A DNA stretch of 64,000 bases, from NCBI GenBank assembly GCA_036759345.1, contig DAIOUV010000012.1:7310-71309 (forward strand), read 5' to 3'. The position numbers and the translations under genes are program-made. The notes under the pieces were generated by a model, which saw only the letters and a list, made by a program, of their open reading frames with translations, made no database searches and was not told the origin of the DNA. The DNA comes from Acidobacteriota bacterium. GTDB lineage: Bacteria > Acidobacteriota > Thermoanaerobaculia > UBA5066. Of this stretch, positions 1-7,744 are shown one piece after another; position 1 is the stretch's first letter, and every line of letters begins with the position of its first letter.

Positions 1-548
1 GGACATCGAAGTCCGCCCTCTCGCGTCACCGTCCGCACGTCGGGACGGCTCTCGTCCGGGCATCGGCGCGGAAGGGCGAGCGCCTGGACGAGTCGCTTCT
101 CCAAAAAGTCGAGCGCCTCGAGGCCGACGCCCGGCGCCTCGGCGAACGGGCCGAGGCCGAAGGCGATCTGAGATGCGCACTCGCGGCCGTGCGCGAAATG
201 GGCGAAGTCGTGAAGCTCCTCCGCGAGCTGACGCCGCCGCCGAAGCGCACCGAAGCCGACCTAGCGCGCGCCCTCGCGTGGTTCGCCGAGGAGACCGGCG
301 CGTCGATAGACGAGATGCGTGCCGAGTGCGAGAGGAACGCGGAGATACAGGCCGCGATCTTGCGGGGCGAATCGCCGCCGCACACGCCGCCGCCGCCGGC
401 TATCAAAGTGGAATTCAAGTTTCCCGAGTCGCACGTGGTACGCGCCCCGGACCGCGTCGGCCCGCCGGCAGAGGCCGCCCCGCCCGCACCCTCGCCGGCT
501 CCGGCGCGTCCCGCACCTCCGCCGCTTCCCTTTCGGATGAGCGTATGA
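1..548 (+). CDS. hypothetical protein, 5'-partial (continues upstream of window); possibly integrative-element/phage-derived
   Basis: Open frame runs from position 3 (same frame as track ORF 189..548) with no stop until TGA at 546-548. Pro-rich C-terminus. No recognisable housekeeping family. Lies on the 3' side of tRNA-Leu. Confidence 0.45.
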   Translation, partial: TSKSALSRHRPHVGTALVRASARKGERLDESLLQKVERLEADARRLGERAEAEGDLRCALAAVREMGEVVKLLRELTPPPKRTEADLARALAWFAEETGASIDEMRAECERNAEIQAAILRGESPPHTPPPPAIKVEFKFPESHVVRAPDRVGPPAEAAPPAPSPAPARPAPPPLPFRMSV

Positions 549-817
549 ACGCCCGCGAGATCGTCGCCGCTCTCGAGGCCCTCGGCGTCCGGCTGCGCGC
601 CCATGCCGTCGAAAACACGATCGACCTCGAGGCCGAGAGTGAGCCGCCGCGTGAGCTCCTGGACGAGCTGGCACGCAACAAAGCCGGCGTGCTCTCGTTC
701 CTGCGCGCCCGCGAGGCGCCGCCGGCTCCGGCCGAGAAGCCTCCTCCCGCCCGCACCTTCGGGGGCGGCCGCCCGGAAGACGACTTCGGCCCGCGCTCCG
801 CGTGGGGCACGTTCTAG
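545..817 (+). CDS. small hypothetical protein with TubC_N-like docking-domain pattern
   Basis: ATG at 545 overlaps the upstream stop (ATGA). N-terminus IVAALEALGVRLRAHAVENTIDLEAESEPPRELLDELARNKAGVLSFLR resembles the TubC N-terminal docking-domain fold, as seen on proteins of integrative elements. Pro-rich tail. Confidence 0.4.
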   Translation: MNAREIVAALEALGVRLRAHAVENTIDLEAESEPPRELLDELARNKAGVLSFLRAREAPPAPAEKPPPARTFGGGRPEDDFGPRSAWGTF

Positions 818-870
818 GGAACCCGCGAGAGGCGCGCCGCCCTCACGCGCGCGCGAGCTGCGACCTCGGC

Positions 871-925
871 CTAGGAAACCTAGGACTTCTAGGAAGCCTA
901 GAACCACTAGGAAACCTAGGTGAGC
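871..925. repeat. three tandem ~18-bp repeats, each containing the 13-bp palindrome CTAGGAARCCTAG
   Basis: Read directly: ctaggaaacctaggactt / ctaggaagcctagaacca / ctaggaaacctaggtgag. CTAGG and CCTAG are reverse complements. The array sits ~110 bp from the tRNA-Leu 3' end. Confidence 0.8.
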
Positions 926-1035
926 ACGATCATGTACGTCGTCTGGGGACGGGTGACTCCCGACCCCGAAACCGCGTCGCGAAGGCAAGGTAAGGGCAAG
1001 CCGCTCCGCCTCGGGGTTTCGCCTCAGGGGCTAAG

Positions 1036-1124
1036 TGGTACCGGAGGAGGGAGTTGAACCCTCACGGCCCTTTCGGAGCCGGGGGATTTTGAGTCCCCTG
1101 CGTCTGCCATTCCGCCACTCCGGC
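1036..1124 (-). tRNA. tRNA-Leu (anticodon CAA), type II with long variable arm
   Basis: Reverse complement gives GCCGGAGTGGCGGAATGGCAGACGCAGGGGACTCAAAATCCCCCGGCTCCGAAAGGGCCGTGAGGGTTCAACTCCCTCCTCCGGTACCA. 7-bp acceptor stem with G1·U72. Anticodon stem GGGGA/TCCCC with loop CTCAAAA. Variable-arm stem CGGC/GCCG. T-arm GAGGG-TTCAACT-CCCTC. Encoded CCA end. Confidence 0.9.
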
Positions 1125-1138
1125 GCGCCGCGAAGAGT

Positions 1139-1603
1139 CTACTGCCAGTCGAGTCGGATGTTCCGGTGGAGATGCGCGAGGGCGCAGCCGGCGATCGTCC
1201 CGAGGACGTTCCAGAACACGTCGTTCACGTCGGCCGCGCGCGTCGGCAGGAAGAGCTGAACGGTCTCGATCCCGACGCTGAACAGCGTGCCCGCGAGGAG
1301 CGCGTCCACGTGGTTGCGGGCCGCCGAACGGCCCGGCCCGTCCAGGAACTTCCAGAGCAGAAACGCCCACACCGCGAACATCGCGAGGTTTCCGACGATC
1401 CCCACGATGGCGTACAGGAAGGAGTTCGAGAGATACCCGCCATGCCCGGTCCGGGCCGCGAGGCGCTGGATGTCCTCGAAGGGCGCGAGATTCGTCCTCA
1501 CCTTGCCCCCGCCCTGCACGAGGAGCGTCACGCCGAGGAGGACGCACGAGTAGGCGACGAGAAGCGCTCCCTGCAGCCCCTTACCAACGCGAATCGTACG
1601 CAT
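1139..1603 (-). CDS. VanZ-like family membrane protein
   Basis: C-terminal 154 aa of track ORF 1139..2590 (MRTIRVGKG...FLPTRAADVNDVFWNVLGTIAG...) fits a VanZ-like multi-TM pattern. The upstream part of that ORF is low-complexity antisense of the MgtE-N gene. ATG at 1603. Confidence 0.6.
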   Translation of the reverse strand: MRTIRVGKGLQGALLVAYSCVLLGVTLLVQGGGKVRTNLAPFEDIQRLAARTGHGGYLSNSFLYAIVGIVGNLAMFAVWAFLLWKFLDGPGRSAARNHVDALLAGTLFSVGIETVQLFLPTRAADVNDVFWNVLGTIAGCALAHLHRNIRLDWQ

Positions 1604-1703
1604 GGGTCGCCGCGTCACGGAGCGGGCGCGTGTCGGAACCATCAGACTGAGAGTAACCCGAAGAAGCGTTGACTGGAGCGTGCCGCCTCCCGACAATGCT
1701 TTC

Positions 1704-3014
1704 GTGCCGAAGCCTTCGCCGTCCCTGCCCGCGCGCACGACCGCGGTGCCCACCCATGAGGGATTCTTCGTCTCGGAATTCCTCGGCGAGACGGTGCGCG
1801 ACGTGGGCCGGCACCCGGTCGGAAAGATCTCGGACTTCGCCGTCGCCACGAGCACGGGGGCCCCGTTTCCGCGGGTCACGGGCCTCCTGATCCGGGACCG
1901 CTTCGAGACGTTCGTGCTGCCCTGGGAAGACGTTGCCATCTTCCAGCGCAACGCCGTGCGCACGCGTCTCGTGCGGGAGGACCTGCTGCACCGCCCCGCG
2001 CGGGAGGACGAGATCTTTCTCGCGCGGCACCTCCTCGACAAGCAGATCGTGGACATCAACGGCGTGAAGGTCGTGCGGGTGAACGACCTCAAGCTGGACG
2101 TGCTTTCGGGAGACCTCGTCCTCACGGCCGCCGACGTGGGTGTGCGCGGCCTCGTGCGGCGAGTCTTCGGGGCCGGCATCACGCCCCGCGGCGGCAGGCT
2201 CTTCGACGCTTCGCTGCCGGCGCGCCTCATTCCCTGGGACTCGATGCAGCCGCTGCATCCGCGGCTCGAGCGGCTCGAGACCACCCTTCCGCAGGAGAAG
2301 CTCCAGCGGCTCCACCCCGCCGACATCGCGGAGATCCTGAGCCAGGTTTCCGGCAACGAGCGCACCGGAATCTTCCGGAAGCTGGACGTCGAGACCGCGG
2401 CCGAGACGCTCCACGAGCTCGAGCCCGAGATGCAGGCCGAGATCATCGAGGACCTGCCGGAGGCGCGCGCCTCGGAGATCCTCGAGCAGATGCCCGCGGA
2501 CGAGGCGGCGGATGTCCTGGGCGAGATCGAGGGCGAGCACGCGCGCGACCTCGTCCAGCTCATGGAGAAAGGGGCGGCCGAGGACGTCACCGAGCTCCTC
2601 GTTCACGACGAGGACACGGCCGGCGGACTCATGGGAACCGACTTCGTCACGTTCCCGCCCACGCTCACGGTGCGCGAGACGATCCAGCGGCTCCGGCCGG
2701 TCGCGCGCGACGCCGAGGCGCTCTTCTACTTCTACGTCGTGGATGAGCAGGAGCGCATCCTCGGCGCGCTCTCCGTCCGCGATCTCCTCGCGGCCGACGA
2801 CGACACAATCCTCGAAAACGTGATGGCGACGCCGGTGCGAAGCGTCACGCCCGACGTCTCGGCCGGCGAGGTGGCCGAGACGATGTCGAAGTACGACCTT
2901 CTCGCCCTGCCCGTCACCGATCCGGAAGGCGTCCTCGCGGGCATCATCACGATCGACGACGTCGTCGACCGCCTCCAGCCGCAGCCCCGCCGCGGCCGCA
3001 GGAGGCTGCGCTGA
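1704..3014 (+). CDS. soluble MgtE-N-terminal-domain/CBS-pair protein with N-terminal PRC-barrel-like domain (no membrane domain)
   Basis: MgtE_N-like helical region (ETAAETLHELEPEMQAEIIEDLPEARASEILEQMPADEAADVLGEIEGE) followed by a CBS pair. No TM segments. Start uncertain: GTG at 1704 is chosen to avoid a divergent overlap with the vanZ start; the track ORF begins at 1602. Confidence 0.7.
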   Translation: MPKPSPSLPARTTAVPTHEGFFVSEFLGETVRDVGRHPVGKISDFAVATSTGAPFPRVTGLLIRDRFETFVLPWEDVAIFQRNAVRTRLVREDLLHRPAREDEIFLARHLLDKQIVDINGVKVVRVNDLKLDVLSGDLVLTAADVGVRGLVRRVFGAGITPRGGRLFDASLPARLIPWDSMQPLHPRLERLETTLPQEKLQRLHPADIAEILSQVSGNERTGIFRKLDVETAAETLHELEPEMQAEIIEDLPEARASEILEQMPADEAADVLGEIEGEHARDLVQLMEKGAAEDVTELLVHDEDTAGGLMGTDFVTFPPTLTVRETIQRLRPVARDAEALFYFYVVDEQERILGALSVRDLLAADDDTILENVMATPVRSVTPDVSAGEVAETMSKYDLLALPVTDPEGVLAGIITIDDVVDRLQPQPRRGRRRLR

Positions 3015-3052
3015 TCGCGCCGGCCGCGGCACCCGCCGCGCCGCGGCCGGAC

Positions 3053-4300
3053 GTGAGGAACTGGCGGCGGCGCCTCACGATCTTCTTCGCCATCCTCGGG
3101 CCCGGGATCATCACGGCGAACGTCGACAACGACGCCGGCGGCATCGCGACCTACTCCATCGCGGGGGCCCACTTCGGTTACTCGCTCCTGTGGACTCTCG
3201 TCCCGATCACGGTCGCGCTCATCGTCGTGCAGGAGATGTCCGCCCGGCTCGGCGCGATCACGGGGAAGGGCCTCGGGGAGCTGATCCGCGAGAACTACGG
3301 GCTCCGGTCCACCTTCTACCTCCTCGTCGCCCTCCTCGTGACCGACATCGGCAACACGGTCGCCGAATTCGCCGGCTGGGCCGCGGCCCTCGAGATCTTC
3401 GGGATTCCCAGGGTGATCTCGGTCCCCATCGGCGCCTTCGTCGTGTGGTGGATCGTCGTGAAGGGGAATTACAAGACCGTCGAGAAGATCTTCCTGATCG
3501 CCTGCTCGATCTACCTCACCTACGTCGTGTCGGCCCTCTTCGCGAAGCCCGTCTGGACCGACGTCCTGAAGCAGACCTTCAACCCGCGGATCGAATCGAG
3601 CGCCGCGTGGGTCCTGATGATCATCGGCATCGTCGGGACCACGATCGCGCCCTGGATGCAGTTCTATCTCCAGTCTTCGATCGTCGAGAAGCGCATCGGC
3701 CCGGAGGAATACAAGATGTCCCGCTGGGACGTCATCGTGGGCTGCATCCTGACCGACGTCGTCGCGTTCTTCATCATCGTGGCGTGCGGCGCGACCCTGT
3801 TTCCGGCCGGAATCCGCATCGAGGGCGCCGAGCAGGCCGCGCTCGCACTCAAGCCGCTCGCCGGAAAATGGGCGGGGACGCTTTTCGCGATCGGCCTCGC
3901 GAACGCCTCGCTCTTCGCGGCGTGCATCCTGCCCCTCGCCACCGCGTACTCCATTTGCGAGGGGCTCGGGTTCGAAGCGGGCGTCGACAAGACCTGGGCC
4001 GAGGCGCCGCAGTTCAACGCGCTCTTCACGGGCATGATCGTGATCGGGGCGGGGATCATCCTCATCCCCGGCGTCCCGCTCTTCCCCGTCCTCTTCCTCT
4101 CGCAGGTCCTGAACGGGCTCCTTCTGCCGTTCGTCCTCGTCTTCATGTGTCTCCTCATCAACCGGACCGACCTCATGGGCGAGCACGTGAACGGGCGCGT
4201 ATGGAACTGGATCGCGTGGGGAACCTGCGTCATCATGATCGGGCTGACGGTGGTCCTCGTCGTCACGACGATCTGGCCGGGGCTTTTCCCGTCGAAATGA
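3053..4300 (+). CDS. mntH: Nramp-family divalent metal (Mn2+/Fe2+) transporter
   Basis: Nramp signature GPGIITANVDNDAGGIATYSIAGAHFGYSLLW. About 11 predicted TM helices. 415 aa. Confidence 0.88.
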   Translation: MRNWRRRLTIFFAILGPGIITANVDNDAGGIATYSIAGAHFGYSLLWTLVPITVALIVVQEMSARLGAITGKGLGELIRENYGLRSTFYLLVALLVTDIGNTVAEFAGWAAALEIFGIPRVISVPIGAFVVWWIVVKGNYKTVEKIFLIACSIYLTYVVSALFAKPVWTDVLKQTFNPRIESSAAWVLMIIGIVGTTIAPWMQFYLQSSIVEKRIGPEEYKMSRWDVIVGCILTDVVAFFIIVACGATLFPAGIRIEGAEQAALALKPLAGKWAGTLFAIGLANASLFAACILPLATAYSICEGLGFEAGVDKTWAEAPQFNALFTGMIVIGAGIILIPGVPLFPVLFLSQVLNGLLLPFVLVFMCLLINRTDLMGEHVNGRVWNWIAWGTCVIMIGLTVVLVVTTIWPGLFPSK

Positions 4301-4404
4301 GCGGCGGGTACGCCCGTTGCTTGTCCAAATGGGGCCCGGGCGTGCGTCACATTACGGGGACGCCCTTCGTCCGGGCCTAGACTTCGCGTGCCAGAGGAGG
4401 ATCC

Positions 4405-5082
4405 ATGCGTCGTTCCCTCGTCTTTTCCCTTCTCGCCTGCGCCCTTCTAGTCGGTGCCGTCCCCGCTTTAGCGCAGGACCGCGCCGGCACTTTCGAGATC
4501 TCGCCCTTCGCCGGCGGCTACTTCGGCGGCCGGCTCTACGGCAACAGCGTCGTCACGACGACCCCGGGGACGACGACGACGGTCGGGTTCCTCGAGCCCG
4601 ACGACGACCTCACCTACGGCGCGAGGCTCGCGTACAACGTGACCCGCCATTTCGCCTTCGAGTTCGACTGGACGTCGGCGCGCACCGACCTCCGGACACC
4701 GAACCAGTTCGGGGTGTCTCCTCGGAACCTGCGCGTCGGGCGGCTTCGCCAGAACGTCTACGAGGCGAACATGCTGTTCAACTTCGGCCGCCGGCGCGCG
4801 GTCGGCTACTTCGGTCTCGGCGCCGGGGCCGCGACGCTCGACCGGACCGACGCGGCCGTCGACCCGATGTCCCGCACCCGCCTCACCGCGAACGTCTCGG
4901 CCGGCGCGAAGTTCTTCTTCACGCCGCGCGTCGGGCTGCGGCTGGACGGGCGCTACCGCGTCCTCGACCAGCAGTCGGACTCCGGCAGCCGCTCCTGCGA
5001 CCACGACGGGGGCTGCTCGGACCGCTGGAACCGCTGGTCATACAACGGCGAGCTCACGGGCGGCCTCGTCTTCGCCTTCTAG
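4405..5082 (+). CDS. outer-membrane beta-barrel protein (OmpA-like barrel / OmpW-like) with signal peptide
   Basis: Signal peptide MRRSLVFSLLACALLVGAVPALAQ. Alternating aromatic/hydrophobic beta-strands. C-terminal residue F (GGLVFAF). GGAGGA ribosome-binding site upstream. Confidence 0.7.
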   Translation: MRRSLVFSLLACALLVGAVPALAQDRAGTFEISPFAGGYFGGRLYGNSVVTTTPGTTTTVGFLEPDDDLTYGARLAYNVTRHFAFEFDWTSARTDLRTPNQFGVSPRNLRVGRLRQNVYEANMLFNFGRRRAVGYFGLGAGAATLDRTDAAVDPMSRTRLTANVSAGAKFFFTPRVGLRLDGRYRVLDQQSDSGSRSCDHDGGCSDRWNRWSYNGELTGGLVFAF

Positions 5083-5531
5083 CGGGAACTGCTCAGGACG
5101 TTGTTCATGGGGTCTTCGGGCGGCGCGACATCGATCCGGCGCGCGCCGCCTTCCCCGAGCGCGATCGACACCCGCCACGCGCGCCGCGGCATGAGCGGCG
5201 GGCGCGGCCACTCCACCGCCAGGATCGCGCTCCCCCGCTCCTCGAGGCCGAGGTCGGCGATCGAGGCGCCCTTCGGGATCCGGTAGAGATCGGCGTGGAC
5301 GAGAACGGGCGGCTCCCCCGAAGGCCCGTACTCGTGAACGAGCGCGAAGCTGGGCGACGACACGTCCTTGGGGTCCAGGCCCAGCCCCGCGGCGAGGCCC
5401 TTCACGAAAGCGGTCTTGCCGGCGCCGAGCTCGCCTTCCAGAAGCACGATGGCGCCGGGCGCGAGGCGGCGCGCGAGGTCGGCGGCCAGATCGCGGGTCT
5501 CCTCCTCGGCAAACGTCACGTGCGACGTCAC
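5079..5531 (-). CDS. tsaE: tRNA threonylcarbamoyladenosine biosynthesis ATPase TsaE
   Basis: P-loop LEGELGAGKTAFVKGLA plus SSPSFALVHEY and HADLYR motifs typical of YjeE. GTG start at 5531 overlaps the nnr stop (GTGA). Confidence 0.8.
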   Translation of the reverse strand: MTSHVTFAEEETRDLAADLARRLAPGAIVLLEGELGAGKTAFVKGLAAGLGLDPKDVSSPSFALVHEYGPSGEPPVLVHADLYRIPKGASIADLGLEERGSAILAVEWPRPPLMPRRAWRVSIALGEGGARRIDVAPPEDPMNNVLSSSR

Positions 5532-7039
5532 CCGCCGGTGCTCTCCCGCGCCGCGAAGAACGCCTCCGGGAGGGCCTCGATGACGTCGGACGCTTGGAGC
5601 GACTCCTCTCCCTTGGCCTCCCGGACGAAGTCGCCCGCCGTGCCGTGAAGCCACGCCGCCGCGCAGGCGGCGTCGAAGGCGTCGAGGCCCCGCGCGAGGC
5701 ACGCCCCGACGACGCCGGTGAGGACGTCGCCCGTTCCCCCCGACGCCATCGCCGGGTTGCCCGCGAGCACGGGCACGACCCGGCCCGAGGGATCAGCGAC
5801 GAGCGACCGAAATCCCTTCAGGATCACCACGGCCTTCGCCCGCGAGGCGATCTCGCGCACGGCCGCCTCGCGGTCCGCGTTCACGCGCCCCGCATCGATG
5901 CCGAGAAGGCGCGCGGCTTCCCCGGGATGCGGCGTGAGAACGGTGGGGGCCGCCCGTCTCGCGAAGAACGCGGCGTCGCCCGCGAGGTTGAGCGCATCGG
6001 CGTCGAAAACCGCAGGAAGGCGCGAATCGGCCGCGCGCTCCACGAGGTCCCGGGCGGCCGCCGATGCGCCGAGCCCCGGGCCGACCGCGAGCGCGTCGAA
6101 GCGCGCGATGTCGACGCCCTCTCCCGCGGTCATCGTCTCGGGACTCAGCACGTGCACGGCGGCGCGGACGAATTCCGGCGCGAAGACGGTGACCGTCCCC
6201 GCTCCGGACCGGTGGGCGCCGCGCGCTGCGAGGGCGGGGGCACCCGCCATTCCTTCCGAGCCGCCCACCACGAGGAGACGGCCGAAGCTCCCCTTGTGCG
6301 CGGCCGCTTCGCGGCGTGGAAAGAGCAGCGCCACGTCCCCCGCCGCGACAACGTCACCCCCGCCGCGGCTCTCGTCCTCCAGGAGCGGCAGAAAGCCGAT
6401 CCCGGCGACGGCGATCCGCCCGCAGAGAGACGCGGCCGGCAGATGGACGTGACAAGGTTTCGGGTACCCGAAGGTGACCGTCAGGTCGGCGCGGACCGCG
6501 GGAGCCCACGGGAGAGGATCGTCGGCCGAAAGGCCCGAGGGCATATCGATCGAGACCACGAACGATTTCCCCTCGGCGACGAGGCGCACGGCGCGCGCGG
6601 GGAGCCCGTCGGGCGAGATGGGCCTCTTCAACCCGGTCCCGAAGAGAGCGTCCACGACGACGGTCGCCGCCCGGAGAGGCTCGAGGTCGCCCTCCTTCGT
6701 GACTTCCCGGATAGCTCCGCCGGCCTGCTCGAGCCGCTGATGGGTCCGGCGGGCATCGGCGCCGAGATACTCCGGCGCTCCGAAGAGCAGCGTCTCGACG
6801 TTGGACGCGACGCGGGCGATCTGGAGCAGCCGCGCCGTCTCGAACCCGTCTCCTCCGTTGTTTCCCGGGCCGGCGAGGACAACGACGCGCACGCCCCGCG
6901 CGGGCCGGCGCGCGACGACGCCCGCGATCTCCCGGACGACGGCGTTGGCCGCGCGCCTCATCAGGACGAGCCCGGGCGTTCCCGCCGCGATCGTGCGCGC
7001 GTCGAGGGCGCGGGCGGCCTCCGAGCCCAGGACTCTCAG
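5528..7039 (-). CDS. nnr: bifunctional NAD(P)H-hydrate repair enzyme Nnr (YjeF-N epimerase + ADP-dependent dehydratase)
   Basis: YjeF_N motifs VLAGPGNNGGDG and C-terminal carbohydrate-kinase-like dehydratase motifs (GSFGRLLVVGGS, GTGDVLTG). Homology puts the N-terminus near 7040, but there is no ATG/GTG/TTG there. CTG at 7039 overlaps the upstream stop (CTGA). First in-frame ATG is at 6961. Confidence 0.8.
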   Translation of the reverse strand: MRVLGSEAARALDARTIAAGTPGLVLMRRAANAVVREIAGVVARRPARGVRVVVLAGPGNNGGDGFETARLLQIARVASNVETLLFGAPEYLGADARRTHQRLEQAGGAIREVTKEGDLEPLRAATVVVDALFGTGLKRPISPDGLPARAVRLVAEGKSFVVSIDMPSGLSADDPLPWAPAVRADLTVTFGYPKPCHVHLPAASLCGRIAVAGIGFLPLLEDESRGGGDVVAAGDVALLFPRREAAAHKGSFGRLLVVGGSEGMAGAPALAARGAHRSGAGTVTVFAPEFVRAAVHVLSPETMTAGEGVDIARFDALAVGPGLGASAAARDLVERAADSRLPAVFDADALNLAGDAAFFARRAAPTVLTPHPGEAARLLGIDAGRVNADREAAVREIASRAKAVVILKGFRSLVADPSGRVVPVLAGNPAMASGGTGDVLTGVVGACLARGLDAFDAACAAAWLHGTAGDFVREAKGEESLQASDVIEALPEAFFAARESTGG

Positions 7040-7728
7040 ACGGCACTCCGCCCAAGGAACGTCGAGAGCGCCCGTCGTGTCGCGGGCGCGAGATCCGGGT
7101 CGGCCCCGAAGAGGGCCTCGACGCTCCAGAGATCCGCGACCTCGTCGATGTCGGGCACCGTCGAAAGCAGGCGCACGCGATAGCCCTTCGCCTCGACGGA
7201 TCTCCTGCTGTCGGCGAGCGCATGCGGCGACGACCACCGGACGCCGGCAGGAAAAACGGCGGCCGGATCGACGTTTCCCCGCATGCCCAGAAGCGAGAAC
7301 CCGCCGTCCGGCGCCGGCGCATACACGACGTCCGAGCTTCCGGCGAGGGCGCCAAAGGCCTCGGAGAGATCCTCGCCGGTGAGCGTCGGCGCGTCGCTGC
7401 CCGCCACGAGCACGTCGCGACGCCCTTCCATGCGCGCGCGCACGACGGCGCGGGCGAGCCGTTCCCCGAGCGTCCCTTCCCCCTGCGGTATGAGATCCCA
7501 GGGAGGGCGAAACGTCGCGAGCAGGTAGGGCCCCGGTTCGAACTCGGCGTAGGCGAGCACCGCGTCCCACCGGGCGGGCGACGGCAGGCAGGTGGCGAGG
7601 TCCGACAGGAACGCTTCGTACAGCGACGTCGCGGCGGCCGCGCCGATCTCGCGGGCGAGACGCGTCTTCACGCGCCCGGGGACGGGCTCCCGGGCGAACA
7701 ACACGAAGCGCGAGACGGGCGCGTTCAC
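7036..7728 (-). CDS. DUF2064/TIGR04282-family glycosyltransferase-like protein
   Basis: N-terminus MNAPVSRFVLFAREPVPGRVKTRLAREIG...LYEAFLSDL is typical of DUF2064. Confidence 0.6.
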   Translation of the reverse strand: MNAPVSRFVLFAREPVPGRVKTRLAREIGAAAATSLYEAFLSDLATCLPSPARWDAVLAYAEFEPGPYLLATFRPPWDLIPQGEGTLGERLARAVVRARMEGRRDVLVAGSDAPTLTGEDLSEAFGALAGSSDVVYAPAPDGGFSLLGMRGNVDPAAVFPAGVRWSSPHALADSRRSVEAKGYRVRLLSTVPDIDEVADLWSVEALFGADPDLAPATRRALSTFLGRSAV

Positions 7729-7744
7729 GGTCTCGTTCTCGGTT

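Noticed and set aside
871-925. Possible CRISPR array
   Set aside because: Only three repeats at an 18-bp period, palindromic, with 5-nt 'spacers'. There is no cas gene nearby and no spacer-length units. Interpreted as a protein-binding repeat array instead.
26-988. 320-aa minus-strand ORF (and other long R/A/G-rich ORFs such as 1581..3032−, 2732..4186−, 7592..9748+, 9492..11882−, 13501..14898−, 14938..16284−, 19720..21489+, 23026..24282+, 30173..32704+, 35401..37053+, 35903..37783+, 40792..42261−, 43867..45423−, 54297..56216−, 58624..61152+)
   Set aside because: These are antisense or shifted frames over well-supported conserved genes. Their low-complexity Arg/Ala/Gly/Pro-rich translations are typical open-frame artefacts of ~70% GC DNA, and none has a recognisable domain.
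802-993. 63-aa ORF MGHVLGNPREARR... spanning the tandem palindromes
   Set aside because: Its sequence (…LGNLGLLGSLEPLGNLG…) is simply the translation of the DNA repeats. No ribosome-binding site or conservation signal. Treated as non-coding repeat DNA.
1139-2590. Full 483-aa minus ORF as one protein
   Set aside because: Only the C-terminal 154 aa (VanZ-like) look protein-like. The N-terminal ~330 aa are Ser/Arg low-complexity antisense of the MgtE-N/CBS gene.
5528-7570. 680-aa version of nnr starting at 7570, and the 733-aa version of the acyl-CoA dehydrogenase starting at 56536
   Set aside because: The upstream extensions are Arg/Ser-rich, overlap the preceding genes by hundreds of bp, and lie beyond the homology-defined N-termini.
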